Of a DNA stretch of 37,532 nucleotides, positions 35,721 to 37,532 are shown one piece after another. The DNA comes from a virus (taxonomy: Duplodnaviria > Caudoviricetes), in IMG/VR virus record IMGVR_UViG_3300037961_005913, positions 1-37,532 of that record. One strand, written 5' to 3'. Each line of letters begins with the position of its first letter. Position 1 is the stretch's first letter. The notes below the pieces were generated by a model that ran no database searches, was not told the origin of the DNA, and was given only the letters and a program-made list of their open reading frames with translations. A program made the position numbers and the translations under genes.

Positions 35721-36572
35721 ATGAATCAAGTATTCCAAGAATCTTGCATCACTGGTATGCAGAAACTAGAAGACGAATGTGTGGACTTGTGTGTAACGAG
35801 TCCACCTTATGATGACTTGCGAACATACAATGACAGCAGTAAATGGGACTGGAATGTATTTGAACAGGTAGCAGAACAACTCACTAGAGTTATCAAACCT
35901 GGAGGTGTGATTGTCTGGGTTGTTGGTGATGCTTGCATCAAAGGTGGAGAGACTGGTAGTAGTTTTAGACAAGCATTGCACTTCATGAACTTAGGATTTA
36001 AGTTGCATGATACGATGATATATGAGAAGAATGGAGCATCATTTCCTGCTAGAGCAGATAGTAACAGGTATTCACAGATATTTGAATACATGTTCGTGTT
36101 GAGTAAAGGTAAAAAACCAAAAACTGCTAATCTTATTTGCGACAAGGAGAACAAGTGGGCAGGGCACACAAATTGGGGAAAAGGAACTTATAGAGATAAA
36201 GACGGCAATCTTGTAGAGAGAAAGCAGAAACCAACTCCCACACATTCTCCCAGAAATAATATCTGGAAGTACAATACTGGTGCTGGGTTTACAACTAAGG
36301 ATAAATTTGCATTTGAACATCCTGCCATGTTCCCTGAGGCATTAGCACGCGATCATATTCTTACTTGGAGTGAAGAAGGTGATTTAGTTCTCGATCCTTT
36401 CATGGGAGCAGGAACAACTGCTGCAATGTGTATTGAAAATGGTAGAGAATATGTTGGATATGAAATTGATACAAAATACTATGAGATTTGCCAGAAAAGA
36501 ATTGAGAAGCGTGTGACAGCAGAGAAAGCGTCCACTCCCATCTCAAATGCACTGGCGGATGCCTTATATTAA
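35721..36572 (+). CDS. DNA amino-methyltransferase, beta class (N4-cytosine or N6-adenine)
   Basis: Catalytic TSPPY near the N-terminus, HPAMFP, and SAM-binding VLDPFMGAGTT near the C-terminus. Confidence 0.92.
   Translation: MNQVFQESCITGMQKLEDECVDLCVTSPPYDDLRTYNDSSKWDWNVFEQVAEQLTRVIKPGGVIVWVVGDACIKGGETGSSFRQALHFMNLGFKLHDTMIYEKNGASFPARADSNRYSQIFEYMFVLSKGKKPKTANLICDKENKWAGHTNWGKGTYRDKDGNLVERKQKPTPTHSPRNNIWKYNTGAGFTTKDKFAFEHPAMFPEALARDHILTWSEEGDLVLDPFMGAGTTAAMCIENGREYVGYEIDTKYYEICQKRIEKRVTAEKASTPISNALADALY
36513..36570 (+). promoter_or_regulatory. Early-type promoter with upstream imperfect palindrome
   Basis: GTGACA-N10-CGTCCAC, then TATATT at 36565; same spacing as the other two copies. Confidence 0.55.
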
Positions 36573-36576
36573 ATGA

Positions 36577-36650
36577 GTCGAAGGGAGACCTGAGACACCA
36601 CACAGAGGGTAAAACAGTAAGAGGCAACGACAAACAGTTGCCCACCCTCT
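36577..36650 (+). ncRNA. Candidate structured 5' leader RNA
   Basis: AGG-GAGA-CCT GNRA hairpin, then stems AGAGGGT/ACCCTCT and GGCAAC/GTTGCC. Confidence 0.5.
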
Positions 36651-36671
36651 ACCACATTTCTTTTCTTCATC

Positions 36672-37079
36672 ATGGGCACTCGTTCACGCATCGGAATTGA
36701 ACTCAAGGATGGCAGCATCTTGTCTGCTTATCACCACTGGGATGGTTATCCTGAGTGGTTGGGACGCATCCTGCAAACACATTACAACACCAGGGAGAAA
36801 GCATCTGAACTGATTGATGGCGGCGACATGTCAGTTTGCTGGACAAAAGATCGCTGGAATAGTGTAGAACCTGCTGAAGAATATGGTGCTCAGTATTACT
36901 CTCAACGGGGCGAAGATTGCCCTCCTGCACTTCACAAAAACTTCGAGGAATACATGGAGGCAGGTGAAGAATATGCTTATATTTTGAAGGATACTGGTTG
37001 GGTATGTTATAATAATCGTAGTTGGGATGATACATACATGCAGGAGATTCCCATCCCTTCAGGAGCACTTGCCGTATGA
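36672..37079 (+). CDS. Hypothetical early protein (phage-conserved type)
   Basis: MGTRSRIG..YHHWDGYPEWLG..EEYAY. Confidence 0.8.
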   Translation: MGTRSRIGIELKDGSILSAYHHWDGYPEWLGRILQTHYNTREKASELIDGGDMSVCWTKDRWNSVEPAEEYGAQYYSQRGEDCPPALHKNFEEYMEAGEEYAYILKDTGWVCYNNRSWDDTYMQEIPIPSGALAV

Positions 37080-37243
37080 TTGATTTAGAACAACTTACTG
37101 ATGATGCAAAGGAGATTCTCGCAGCATCCTGCGAGGATTTCCTCCTCCATCGTAACATTCCACTCAGGGGAACTTCTCCTGAACTTATCATTCAACACGC
37201 ATTGCGTGAAGGTTTTCAACTCACCAAAATTTCCAAACTATGA
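37076..37243 (+). CDS. Hypothetical protein, 55 aa
   Basis: Translated by hand (MIDLEQLTDDAKEILAAS...ISKL); ATGA overlaps at both ends. Confidence 0.65.
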   Translation: MIDLEQLTDDAKEILAASCEDFLLHRNIPLRGTSPELIIQHALREGFQLTKISKL

Positions 37244-37356
37244 CTAACACCAACGAAGAAATGGAAAAGATTGCTGAGGAGTTCTGGAAACAGGCAGAAC
37301 AGGAAGCAGAAAAACTTGAGGTAACTGTTGATTATTACCTCGCGGAGTTTTATTGA
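37240..37356 (+). CDS. Hypothetical protein, 38 aa
   Basis: MTNTNEEMEKIAEEFWKQAEQEAEKLEVTVDYYLAEFY; translationally coupled on both sides. Confidence 0.65.
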   Translation: MTNTNEEMEKIAEEFWKQAEQEAEKLEVTVDYYLAEFY

Positions 37357-37526
37357 TGGATGAGCAAACAAGGTTAATCCTTGCATTGTATCAAGTAGAT
37401 GGAATTACAGAACTCACTAAAGATAATGAATACAGACATTATCTTTATTGCAAACTGTCATCAATCAAATGTGAATTAGAGCGACAGTTGACTAACCTCA
37501 CAAATCAGTCTAAAATCAAGGAGTAA
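37356..37526 (+). CDS. Hypothetical protein, 56 aa
   Basis: MDEQTRLILALYQVDG...ELERQLTNLTNQSKIKE; TGATG coupling. Confidence 0.65.
   Translation: MDEQTRLILALYQVDGITELTKDNEYRHYLYCKLSSIKCELERQLTNLTNQSKIKE
37488..37516 (+). promoter_or_regulatory. Sigma70-type promoter
   Basis: TTGACT, 17 nt, TAAAAT, followed by AAGGAG near the window end. Confidence 0.7.
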
Positions 37527-37532
37527 TTCATC

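Noticed and set aside
333-37191. The many minus-strand and alternate-frame ORFs in the track
   Set aside because: They lie wholly within well-supported + strand genes, have no recognisable motifs and are consistent with codon-bias shadows.

Overview
This is a 37.5 kb segment of a T4-like cyanomyovirus genome (a Synechococcus/Prochlorococcus-type phage), with every credible gene on the + strand. 1-14.4 kb is a late baseplate-hub module: tail-tube-fold protein, gp26, gp51, two paralogous tape-measure-like proteins (one with a degenerate M23 domain), a gp27-like hub, the auxiliary gene cp12 and a gp5-like spike region. 14.3-16.9 kb is a sigma70-driven accessory island with tRNA-Leu(UAA), a TauE/SafE-family permease, a 2OG-Fe(II) oxygenase and a Mom-like DNA-modifying enzyme. 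16.9-30.7 kb holds tail-fibre/virion genes under TATAAATA late promoters, including a cluster of short modular fibre subunits. 30.8-37.5 kb is an early/accessory region with a FeoA-like gene, an SF2 helicase and a putative endonuclease plus beta-class methyltransferase pair. The most notable signals are: (1) a complete -1 programmed ribosomal frameshift signal joining gp26 to gp51 just upstream of the tape-measure-like genes; (2) a palindromic motif at fixed spacing before three promoters; (3) a structured RNA leader with a duplicated AAACAGU; (4) a putative phage-encoded restriction-modification pair. All product calls come from motif recognition by eye; no searches were run.
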